A stretch of 64,000 bases of DNA from Kudoa neothunni. Taxonomy: Eukaryota; Animalia; Cnidaria. Positions 52,593 through 64,000 of this stretch are shown here, piece after piece (positions within the stretch are counted from its first letter, which is position 1; each line of letters starts with the position of its first letter). A program made the translations under genes and the position numbers. The stretch is taken from the NCBI GenBank assembly GCA_964304625.1, contig OZ199838.1:12281843-12345842 (forward strand), written 5' to 3'. The notes under the pieces were generated by a model. That model was not told where the DNA came from. It saw nothing but the letters and a program-made list of their open reading frames with translations, and made no database searches.

Positions 52593-53578
52593 AATTTTGC
52601 GTAGACACGATTCTTAATAATATTCAAAAAATATATTGAAATTTCAAATTAACCCATAGATGCAAAATTACTAAAAAATTTTAATTGACATACTTACAAC
52701 GATTGAGATTAGCGAAATTTAAATTATGATCATTTCTGTGAAAGAATCAATCCTGGCGTTCATTTAAAAATTTCGTAGTCCGGCACCAACGCTAAATAAT
52801 TTATTGTCAGCGTCGTATTTTTCTCCATTCCCGAATTATTAAAGCCTGTTAAAATTTTACCCTAAACGTTATTTTTGGCCCGGCCCAGAAAGTGCGTGCA
52901 CCACTGTTTACGGGAGTCAAATAAATAAAAAAAGGTATAGACATAGAAGAAAATTAATTTTTATTGCTCAAATTAATATCCCTCGGCCCGGTAAGAGCTT
53001 AATGCCCTTTTTCCCACAAACAGCCATAAATCGCATCAACTTCAACATATAAAATTTAAATAATTGGGTGAAAGAAAAGTAAAACCATCTGCATTGAATT
53101 TAATCATGGAAAGTTAAATTTAGCAGACGATTTCATGAACTCTACGGACCCAGCGCTTGGGTTATAATGCTTTAATCTATCCTATTATAGCATGATCTAT
53201 AAATTCGCTATTAATGATGCAAACATAGACTTTTTCCATATATAAAACAATGAACAGAACCTTCAAAATGTGTTTATCAAGTCAAATACATTAAAACTCC
53301 CGAAATAGAGGGTGTATTTGCATGAATACCTAAATTTACACAAAAAATTTATATACAACGTCAGATAGAAGCAGTTAATTAACATTTGGTAGAGCATATA
53401 AAGGGGAAAATTAACTTGAACCAACCATCAGCAGGTCATAGGCAGCTGTTAATCCTGTGGTTGAACTCAAGTAATCCGATACGCAAATTTTGAATAGACA
53501 AAATCACCATTTTCTAAACATTTTGGAACAAATGATAGTGTGAAAACGATTAAAAGATTTTTTGAAATATTGTGATTT

Positions 53579-54541
53579 TTAAAAAATTTCGACGCACATG
53601 CATTCTGTAAATGATAACAAGTCTTTCATTTCCGTTTTGGGCATCTTTCTTGCGAAGGAGTTTCTGAAATATAGCAGCCATACATTAATAATGGCAGTAT
53701 TTAGACCCCACATGAAAATTTTCATGTACAACTTTAAAGATTTACGTTCTAATCTATACAGTGCCACCGGCATATCTGATACATCGACACCTCCCATATT
53801 TTTGTTGTATTCAGAAACAACATTAGGACACTCAACATTAACCATGCGTTTGAGGCATTTATCAAATTTCCTTACATTGGGACTGGGTTCCAAAGAAGAA
53901 TGTGTTGAGGGCAATGTAACTATTGAGCCATCGCACCATTGAGATAACGCAATATCTTGATGAAGATCTTAAGTTCATTCATAAGCTCCGCGACCATTTT
54001 TCTCGAATATCTTTGCGGGAGTTAGGAGGAAATTTTTTTTTCTATTTCTTCGAATTGTACCAACTGAGTGAATATTTCGGGTTTTAAAAATACTTGTAGT
54101 GGGATGGAAATAAAGAAAATATGTCTTTGACGTTGGAAGAGTTTCGGATAGTTTAACAACAAAGTCTCCTGAGATTAGACCACAGTTTTGCGCAACCGTA
54201 GGTCTTTTTCCATCGTATATGTGAGAGTCATACACAATGCCACTAACACCGCATCTAGCGAAAGCTTTGAAGCCCCACTTTGAAGGTTTCTTCGGGAGAT
54301 ATTGTCTTGCTTTACATTTTTCTTTAAAAGGAATCATTTGTTCTTCAATTGAATTGCATACTTCTGGAGTTATTTTTAAACATGACATTCTGAGATGGTC
54401 AAGAAAAAGTCTAATGTTTGCGAAACGAACAAAAGTGTGTGAGTTTTGGTCTGTTATATAACAATGATTAACAGGGAGCAGAAGATTAATAGAGATTAGT
54501 GGAATTATTATCTTGTGTCTGAAATGTCTCATTCTTCTCAA
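53579..54541 (-). mobile_element. piggyBac transposase pseudogene fragment (PGBD2/3-like)
   Basis: SIEEQMIPFK, QYLPKKPSKWGFK, SVGTIRRNR, YNKNMGGVD. Frameshifted and truncated. Confidence 0.92.
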
Positions 54542-54587
54542 AGTGCTGCAACTGTAAAAATGCTTTTAAAGATTTTTCGTTAATTAA

Positions 54588-56623
54588 GCCTTTGAGGACA
54601 ACCTTCTAGACCTCCAGTTAAATATAACCACGGGCCCCTGGAGCCGTGGGATTAAAATTGATCATATGGCGAATTAATAGTAAATCCGACATTAAGTATT
54701 GAAAAGCTCAAGTATGCAATAAAAACAAAAAAGCTTCGAATAAGAGTAATTTTTTATTTTGGTATACAATCATACTTAGTGCAAGTGACATATTTTACAG
54801 AATGTTCAGTACAAACATTGCTTGTACACAAATGGCAATATTATTTATTTCTAATGATTCCGGTTGGGCAGATGAAGGAATTTTAGCATTGTCAAAATTG
54901 TAGCCAGTTATTTCTAATGATCTTTTCACGCACGGCTGCAAAGATATTTTAGGATTAGCCACGCGTATATCTTGTAATGGCTTAATCAATTGCATTGACA
55001 AATCTACAGGGAAATTTTGTCTTTTATTTATTTTACACTTCTAAAAATAATCAGGATTTCTCTGTTCAAACACCGCAACAACATTGAAAGAGACCACATC
55101 CAGAATTTGTGAAAATACGGCGTAAAGCCAGCGCTTATATTTTCCCTTACATGTATATGTAGAAACGCGCTGATCCACCACATCAACTCCACATTTATTC
55201 ATATTATAATCCTAAATAGTTATTGGTTTAGCACGAACATCAGAGTCTACTTTAGGTGTAGGATGTTGCGAAGACAGTAAGATGACAACTTTGTTTTTTT
55301 TGGGTATATAGGATACAAGGGTAAATTGAACATAGAACCCAAACAAGGAAGAGTAAACTCTTCTAAATTTGTTTTGCACAAACTTCGAGGGTATGAAAAC
55401 TCTGCATTTTCGAACGGTTCCAAACATTGAGGTTTGACGTCTTTGCAGATACAACGCAAGTTGCAAAGTTGTGAAATAGTTATCAAAGGTAATGTTCCTA
55501 CCGACGTCCAACAAATGCCCTATAAGGTTAACCATCACGTTAAAAGTTAAATTATTCTCGCGTTGGCCATTAATTTCCCCCAAATAAGGTATTATAGTAG
55601 AAACGTAGCGAGATTGACTATCGCATACCATCCAAAATTTCAAGCCGTATTTCGATGTCTTTTTGGGCATGTACATCAAGAATGATACACGACCATGGAA
55701 TGGATATAATTGCTCATCCACTGTTAAATTTGGGCCGGGTTTATCACTTGCATTGTCCCTATTCCAATATTCGCCAAAATTTTTTTGAATCTTAATCCAC
55801 TCATGGTTGCACGAAACAGTGCTCTATCGTGAACCTCATCCCATAGAATGGAAGTGCTCTCCAAGTTTGATTTATATGCTCGACCAAAAGTAGCAATCCT
55901 ATGAATGCTCTAAGTTCAACGAGGTCTATGGGTTCCATTTATCAAATAATTGCTCATACCCTTTACGGTTTGTATATAGAATCATGTCTTCCGTCATTTT
56001 ATGATTTAAACAATGAAGGAAGGCAGTGAATGGTGTTTCCGTATTCAAGGAATCACTCGGTTTACCCACTTGAATATTATTATTTATCATATTGCGATGA
56101 GGATTTGTCTTTTGAAATGTAGCTTTTTTGGGAATCGCGTCATTATTATAATTTTTTTCTACTTTTAATTCCATTCCTACATCAGTAGATCAAGATTATT
56201 AATCAAAAAAACTGAACGTAACTCAATGCTTTCACACGAGATAACAAATTACCGTTTTTATCATCGTCAAATTCATCACTATATTCAGATATTTCCCCAA
56301 AATATTTTTCCAGTTCACACGATTCTATGCTTTCATTCTCTGAAGACAAAAACTCGCTCAAATTAACTGAATTGGCCATCAATCTGTATGTCGCATGTCG
56401 AGAATTAACTTAAATGACGCGAAATTGTATAATGATTACAATACAATCGGATTATCTTTAAAAATTATGAAAAACTTTTTAATAGTAAATTCCGCTAGAT
56501 AATTAATTTTTAAGAACTTACGTGAAATTTCGGCTCGAAAAAACAAATATTAAAGTCTACCTACAAACCCAACTTAATCTGTAGGTGGCCCCGTGGAGCG
56601 AGCCCATGGTTGTCCTCAAAGGG
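54588..56623 (-). mobile_element. Full-span piggyBac element (PGBD4-like) with a decayed transposase
   Basis: TTAA TSDs at 54584-54587 and 56624-56627. 16-bp TIR (G/C)CCTTTGAGGACAACC. Motifs VDEQLYPFHGR, YMPKKTSKYGLKFW, NITFDNYFT, NKCGVD. Confidence 0.95.
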
Positions 56624-56627
56624 TTAA

Positions 56628-56950
56628 CGATTTTTGATAAATACAATTATGTTTCGGCATAGAAGATCTAAGGAGAATCTGTTTTTACAACAAGAATTCC
56701 TCTTATTCCATCAGACAGCGCTATACAGTTAGAAGATTACAATTTCCAGTCAAATTGGGATATTGCAATGTCTATTAATAAAGCACAAGGGCAAACATTG
56801 AAAGTAGCTGGATTGTGATTAGCAGAACCATGTTTCTCCCATGGTCAGCTATATGTAGCGATTTCACGTGTTGGTTCCAGACGTAATCTATATATTAAGG
56901 CTCCTGGTGGAGTAACCAGGAACATTGTTTATTATGAGGTCTTGAATTAG
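56628..56950 (+). mobile_element. Helitron Rep/Hel PIF1-helicase C-terminal relic
   Basis: RIPLIPSD...LQFPVKL...[37 protein letters not shown]...TRNIVYYEVLN*, with a stop and frameshifts. Confidence 0.92.
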
Positions 56951-59861
56951 TTACTCATTGGAAATAAGAAACGGTATTTTCGTTTCTTGATGATTTATTA
57001 CTTAATTCATTACAGCTGGTGACCATCAAACCGCAATCCCCTCGGGACCGGAGAAAATTATGAATTACACCATACGTCAGTGACGTTTTTTTCGTAATAG
57101 AATTGCGCGCGCGGCGTATAATACAATAAAAAACTGACTTTTACTGATTCATCGATTTGAGAATATTCATAATTTAGATCTAAACTAATAAATAATAAAG
57201 CACTCTTTTAACGTGACAAAAATAATTGTTATAATGGAAGCAATATTAAAAAATTTTGTATTCCATTTAATGTATGGAAAAACAATTTATTGGAAACAAA
57301 AGTAACCATGTTTAGGAGTTATTTAAGAGGTGTTAATTGATAGAATAGCGCGACCCCATCGACATATTATATTTGATCCTACATATAATTTTCAAGAATT
57401 TTAATAAGTTGAGCATTCTAATCTGTAGTGATTCCTACGGGTACCGTGCTAGCTTCGCCATGGAAACTGAATTTTCTGAAATTTAACCCGTTTATAAAGC
57501 CACGAAATTATCCATAGCTAACATTTTTTAAATCTTTTTCAGAAGAATTGATTTCATTTCTTTTGATAATTAGTTCGATGGACGATAATTCGAGATTTTT
57601 CGACATCATCCAAACGAACCACTCATACACACACGTTGATCAGTGTCTCTATCTTTACCTTTCCACATTGATCTTCGTTTAGCTAGAAACAATTGACTTT
57701 CAAATTCCTGTTTAATTTGAGCCTTTTTTCTAAAATTCCATTTGAAGTTGAAGTGTAAAATTTATTTTGAAGTGTTTAATAATTTCCGTCCTTCTATTTA
57801 AGGGCGGTAAACTATCATAATATTTAATTATATTGTAACAAAGGATTAACATTGTTAATCCATGTTACAATAATAACAGGTATACGCTGCCGTTACGTTC
57901 GTTACGGTAGCGTTGTTATTGTCACTGTTTGATCACTTGCCTTTTTGGCGTTACATATATCATATTTCCCTTTAAGCATTATGAATTTCTAAGTTCTTTT
58001 CTCGGACATTTAGAAATAATTACGGATTATCGGTTAGTACGCAGTTATAAAACATTTTACTTCACAAAACAAAAAAATTACTCTTATATTTAATTAAGAA
58101 CTCATAATAAATGTTATTTGATAAGTTCAACCGGATGGATAAAGTTTTAAGGAAAGTTACGAAATAACGGCCACCTACTGTATATGGGTATGGTTGATAA
58201 AAAATATGTATCTTTAAATTCCAATGGAAGGGTCATTAATGAAACTAGTTTTCTCCAATAGTCGTACAAACATATTTATTAACTTTTATTTTTTCAGATA
58301 ATTTTGTCGGTTTGAATGTCTATTGACTACTACTTTTCAGCATAATTTATTCAGTAGGCATGCTTACTAACTGAAACATTCTTAAGGTAAGATTTTTTTA
58401 AATATATAACTTAATAATTATATTTTAGAGTCTCAATAACCATTATGCAGCTTTTTTAAGAATTTTTTTTTTAATTAACAACTCTATTTAACTATAATTT
58501 AGTGTCACACAATATCCAGAAGGAACTTTTTTTAAGATAAATTTTGTTTACATATTCAACTTAATAATCGTATTTTAGAGTCACTTAACAAGATCTACAA
58601 TTTGTACATTTCTACAATCGATGCTGGATCCAACATCAAACAGTCATGAAATATTTCAGTGGAATAAGTACAACATGCTGTACTGAACTATGTATTATCT
58701 TTTTGCAACATCGTTCAAAGTATTTCTTATTGTGATTATAATTTTTCAAATAGTCTAAATATTTTAGCACTGTAGTTTTAAGAACTAACGTTTTCTATCG
58801 CATGTAATTGTCCTTAGAATAATGTTGTATGTGTTTTAATGTATGTTGTATGTGTTTTAATGTTCGTTTTTGGAATCCACACGTATCCACCAAGTGCTAG
58901 CACATGATATAAAACACGAATCTTATCTACTAAGAGAATAAGTGATACTTAAAGATTAAAAACAAATTATGCATGTTCAAAATACTGATATCTTTTCTCC
59001 TTACATGTTTCTCTAATTAGGATTCATATAGCTGAAAAATTTTACACAAAAGCCCAAGCAATCTTAAACTCTTCCCATGCTTATAAACATTCGACGTTAT
59101 GAGTATTTTTACTATTAACGTTGCTTTTATAACATTCTTTTCAGGGAAATTCTAGACATAGCACATTTTACTCTACAAGAAGTTTCATTTGCTTTTCTTT
59201 TTGATGGAACTGAGATTTTCAATGACGTAATATGTTTATTGCAACTTTGCGGTGTCTTTTCGACCCTGTTTTTGTGGATGCTCAATTCAGTTGGCATAGT
59301 ATATTTTATTTTTCTCTACTTTCCCCTTTTTAGGGTACGTCTGATCTAATGATTTACTATGGTTACTTTTACGTGGAGTCGTTCTTCTTACGTGTTTCTT
59401 TGAATGTCGTTTTTAATTTTTTAATCTGTTTGTTTAACGCTAGTTATACGGAACTCTCCAAAATTTGCAAACATCTTCATCCTCCTCTCTCCTCCACATT
59501 CGATTAAACCTATTATGCAAAAATCCAATTTATTCTTCGTTCATATATTACTATTTACATATTCTTCATATCCCACAATAATTATATTTTTCATACTCTA
59601 CAATCAACTTATTCTCCATCATATTTCATAATCAAATGATTTTTCGTATCCTACCCTCAAATTACTTAAAAGGAAGCTTAAACTAATTTTTTTCGAAACA
59701 ACTTTATTAAACAAAAACCCTTATACTTTTATGTTATTATTGCAATTTTTTTGCGTTTTGCCTATCTTTATTCTAATGAAATTTTGTCGCCTAAAAACTA
59801 AAATATTGAAACCTCTGGGAACTGTTATTATAACCCTGAGTAAAGCTCGGTATTAATGCTA

Positions 59862-60231
59862 TCTCCTATATATGTAAATTTTTGTGTCCTTAGGTGTGTG
59901 TACATTTAGTACTTTTATCAATAAGACTGAATCATATTGTTAGAATCAAACTAATGTTTTTTAAACTCTGGATTAGCCATTGTGCTATTTAAATAGTGGT
60001 TATTTCGTGATATACCATATGTAAAATTACTAAAAGTTTATTAAAACGTTACAAAATAAGATCATGTTTAGTTGTCAATCTATTACATCTAATTTTTTTG
60101 GTGTAATCTTTGTGCTATTTATTTAAGCACATTTAATTCACTTTGAACTCTAAAAGACAATAGCCTTCTCCGGCCTTTAGTCTAACTGGGCTGGGCAAGG
60201 ATGCCTCCGCGGAATGGGACTTTTGCGCTAG
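59862..60231 (+). mobile_element. Short non-autonomous Helitron
   Basis: Starts A|TCTCCTATATATGTAAAT...GTGTGTG. Ends with a GC-rich imperfect hairpin and CTAG|T. Confidence 0.6.
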
Positions 60232-61374
60232 TTAAAAGTATAAATATTAATGTCGCTCATAACAAAAAAATTTGTATTATTCAATTTTTACAGGTTTTTC
60301 AATAAAATCCCAAGATTTTGTAAAAAATAAAAAAAACCCCCCAAGAACCCAAGGTGATCATAAAAATCACAAGACCATGGGAAAACCCCAAACTTTGGCA
60401 CTGTTGCCTTTAATTCTAATAACGCAGGTCCGAATCCCCAATCGGAGCATGTGTTACATCTTATATCTCACTTTTATTATTATATATAATGTTTATTTGT
60501 TATTTATTTATAAACACAAGGCATTCTTTTTTTAATAAGAATAAAAATAGTCATTTATTATTTTACATGGGAAAAATTGATTAGGAGTTCAAAAACACTT
60601 CTAGAATGGATTATGATTGAAGTTTGAGGTTATATTGTATACATATAAATCTTCCAATCAATGATCACTCATAAACTCTAATTTAGGAAACAATCTATGA
60701 AATAACGCGCAATAATTGTATCGAATAAACTAGCGTTTCATTTTAAAAAAATCATAATACTAAAAATAGTTGTATTTTTTTAATTAAGAAGACTTTTAGA
60801 TTAAAGTATATTGTGAGTATAAAGTAATACTAAGTATTCTACATGCTTGAACAACAATAATAAATAATGACCTATTGTGTTATCTTTTTTCAGTAAAATA
60901 TAATACAGAAAACATAATAAATATTTTAACGCGCTACTTATATTCAAATTTATATTATTAAATGGTGAAATATAGAAATGAGTGTTTAAAATGGAGATGA
61001 TGATATTTATTCCATTGTCATATACGCGATAAAGAGGAAAAGTTTATTTGTTAGATTTCTACAAATTATGACTCGCTCTAGATCAGTTTAGCACATAAAA
61101 TTTGATATATTGCTCTCGACGAAAAAAACAATAAATAATCGTAAAAACCGCAAAAACCGCAAAAAAATTTACGTAGAACACACTCCACAATAATCAATTT
61201 TCTAGATTCATCTATCTTTTTTAATTCTTTGATCTATCAATTTATTTATTTGTTGATAAGAATATTTAAACTACATAGTTATATGAATAAAAAATGAAAT
61301 TCAAGCAAATACAAGATTTTTCCTATGTCGCGCACGTATTTGCAGGTTGGACAACAAAAATAGTCCACACAATA

Positions 61375-61385
61375 GAGCATGCGCA
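61375..61385. promoter_or_regulatory. NRF1-like element GAGCATGCGCA immediately upstream of the YKT6 start codon
   Basis: One mismatch to GCGCATGCGCA; ends 4 nt before the ATG at 61390. Confidence 0.5.
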
Positions 61386-61389
61386 TAAA

Positions 61390-62288
61390 ATGAAGATATT
61401 CGGCTTAATTGTTTTGAGAAAAACGGACGATGGAACAATTTTTGCTGTGTTCAGAGTATGATTTAAGTAGTTTTGGTTTCTTCCAACGACGGAGGTACTT
61501 TATGATTCACTTTGAAACGAGATAAACAAATATAAATACAACAGTGTTCAAGAATTTATGGACTTTACTGCTGGGATTGTAATAAAAGGAACAGAACGTG
61601 GTACGAGAACTTCGGTTCGTGAACAAGGTATATTGATTTCTTTTAACTACAAAAAATACACTGATCTTATGTGTTCACCTTACTATTTTATTCGATATTG
61701 TCTTGACAGCCCCTTTTCGTAGATGATATATTTAAAAAATTTAGAATATGTTTTGTCATGGTTATGCCCGTGCTGACAGACTATCAGCAGTAGCGATTTG
61801 TGACCAAGAATACCCACAGAGAGAAGCATTTACTATGTTAATGAAAATTCTTATTGATTTCTGTGAAAAAATCTCTCAAGATACGTGGACAAATTGTACA
61901 ACAGCCAAAACAATCTCCTACGTTAGTTTGGGTGAATTTTTGAAATTATATCAGGTATTTTTTGTAATTTATTTATTATATTTTTTTCTAAATTGTTAGA
62001 ACCCACGAGAGGTGGATTTGATTTCAAAAGTTCAAGCCGAATTGGATGACACCAAGTTGATTGTTGTATGTTATGGTTGTTAGCCTAGAATTTTTTGATT
62101 TTTTTTACAGTGTGATACCATTGAAAAGGTTTTAAACAGAGGTGAGAAATTGGACGATCTTGTGGCTAAATCTGAGGGACTAAGTCAGCAGTCTAAACTC
62201 TTCTACAAAACAGTATGTCAATAGCGTGATATTCTTTTTTTACATTTTATAGGCAAAAAAAACGAATTCATGTTGTGGAGGATTATAA
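61390..62288 (+). CDS. YKT6: Synaptobrevin homolog YKT6 (prenylated longin R-SNARE), 6 exons
   Basis: [73 protein letters not shown]. Two +1 frameshifts are needed (~61417-61443 and 61751-61754). Confidence 0.95.
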
Positions 62289-62999
62289 TTTTATATGTTT
62301 TTTATTGTTATAATTCTTGTTGTTTTAAAGAATTTTATTTTTTGAGAAAATAATATTTTTACCACTTATTCCTAAAATATAACTATGTAAAAGATATTTT
62401 CTGAAAGAGCGCAAATTTTATGACATGGTCACAACTCGCTGAAAACTGTACTGTACACACGCATCAATCTCATGTAAAAACTGTTTCAGGGCATTAGGCT
62501 TGTTATATTTCATATTAAGTCTTTGATTATTTTTTATTTCAAAATAATAATTAGTTCTTTTAAATGGAAGAAAAAAGACACAAGACCGTTATATCATTAT
62601 AAACGCAGAAAGGGAGGATAAAATTATAGTATGATGATTATTTTTATGTAAATGACCACAAATCTAGTTCAAACCAATATTGGAGACGTGGGAAACATGC
62701 TTGTAAAGGACGTCTTATCATTCCTCTTTTGCCAAATATCTTCTTTTTTCAAGAAAAGTGCGACCATAATCACGTTTTTACGGATTATAATATTAAATAT
62801 GGCAAATTATTAACGATATAATTAAAAAAAAATGTTGTAACTACAAAATATTCAGAGAGCAGGGTCTACTCACATGTAACTTAAAATATTGTTATCAATG
62901 AAACGCATACAATTCCAGTAAATATCATTTTAAAAAGGAAATATATTAATACCACAAAGCTATGATAAATATTATTCTAAATACAGTGACTTATGGGTT

Positions 63000-63900
63000 G
63001 TTCGTAATGATTTTGATTACCCACGACCCAACTTGGCGCTTGTAAAACAAAAATTTACAAAATTAGGACATATTTTGACCAATTAGCATATTCTTTAGTT
63101 GAATATTGCGATAATTTTTAATATAAATGATTTTAATTCGAAGATATACCAAAAATGCATTATGCGAAAAGTTAAATCTTTTTGTAAACCCATAAACCAG
63201 TTAGTAGATACAGGTATTGACTGCGAGGCAAGATAAGGAATTCAACAACTTTACTGATAAATGATTATTGAGCATCCTCTATTCTTTCCCTGATCAATTA
63301 AATCCACCATTTCATTTGTAGATCAATACTGGTTTTTGCGTCCAAAACCGAAATACTTTAGCTTGCGGTTAATGACATTTTTTTCTCTTTATTTAGTAAC
63401 GTTAGATAAAAAGTGAGGTTAATATATTTAAGTATCAAATATACGTATTATTTTATTCTAATTACTGTTAAGATTCATAAAAGAAAAACATTAACCAAAG
63501 AATGTCTTCGAATGCTAAAAATAACCTTTTAGATAACGTTCAGTCAACTTGTTTCAAGCGTTTCTCCTATCTCATCTAATAATCTTTTTGGGTGAATTAG
63601 TAGCCCTATATTTTTTAGCCAAATCACTTAGCGCTAACCTCTGAATTGTTAAATTCTCGAAAACTCCTTTTCGGTCTTATCTTTTGTTAATGACAAGATG
63701 GCAATAAAGAGCTCTCTTATCTCCAGGATGATGCATTTTTCTTGACATATTGAATACCGCATGATTCAGATCTAGTATCCACATTTTCTCCATCCGAGTG
63801 ATTTTCTTAATTTGGAACAGAACAATCGTTATAATGTTAAAACAACTAATCTGTATGTTTATAATAATATTCAGCAGATCTTGCTTTTACATCAAAGATC
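63000..63900 (-). mobile_element. Decayed hAT-like transposase relic
   Basis: Minus-strand traces MKWW (~63305-63316) and LASQSIPVST (~63205-63232) resemble the hAT dimerisation domain. Confidence 0.35.
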
Positions 63901-64000
63901 ATTATTTCAGATTTAGCGGTTGATTTACTGGCTACTTTTTGATAATATTTCATTAATTCTACTTTTGGGATGGAGTTAAATTATTTTTACACCTGTTGAC

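Noticed and set aside
58822-58863. 21-bp direct repeat as a CRISPR-like array
   Set aside because: Only two adjacent copies with no spacer, in eukaryotic DNA; a simple slippage duplication.
60160-60186. Resemblance to the U2 snRNA 5' end (ATAGCCTTCTCCGGCCTTTAGTCTAA)
   Set aside because: The branch-point recognition sequence GTGTAGTA does not follow, and the match needs several gaps.
60160-60222. HDV-ribozyme-like strings GGCTGGGCAA and GAATGGGAC
   Set aside because: I could not build P1, P2, P3 and P1.1 in the nested pseudoknot order, and there is no proper GTCCCA partner. A Helitron 3' end explains the segment better.

Overview
AT-rich eukaryotic (animal) genomic DNA with very short GT-AG introns (mostly ~40-60 nt) and fast-evolving proteins. 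This is consistent with a reduced-genome animal parasite; a myxozoan cnidarian is my best guess, but that is inference only. Housekeeping genes recognised: PSMD12/RPN5, a KIAA1143/DUF4604 homolog, a miniature BRCA2 with 3 BRC repeats, XPB/ERCC3 and YKT6. Also present are a Vps10p+LDLa (SorLA-like) receptor and a Dlx-like homeobox gene. Intergenic DNA and the few long introns contain transposon relics: pogo/Tigger, Tc1/mariner, hAT, Merlin, piggyBac, Helitron and a tRNA-Met-derived SINE family. The most interesting feature is a ~5.07 kb tandem duplication (about 27.2-37.3 kb) carrying two copies of an unrecognised type I membrane protein. It is built from 4-Cys FN3-like modules on phase-1 exons and has a 6-residue cytoplasmic tail. 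The membrane-proximal half is almost identical between copies, introns included. The distal domains show indel-free hypervariable loops on a fixed framework. This makes it a candidate variant-surface-antigen or allorecognition-type system diversified by segmental gene conversion. All gene models were spliced by eye; no database searches were run.
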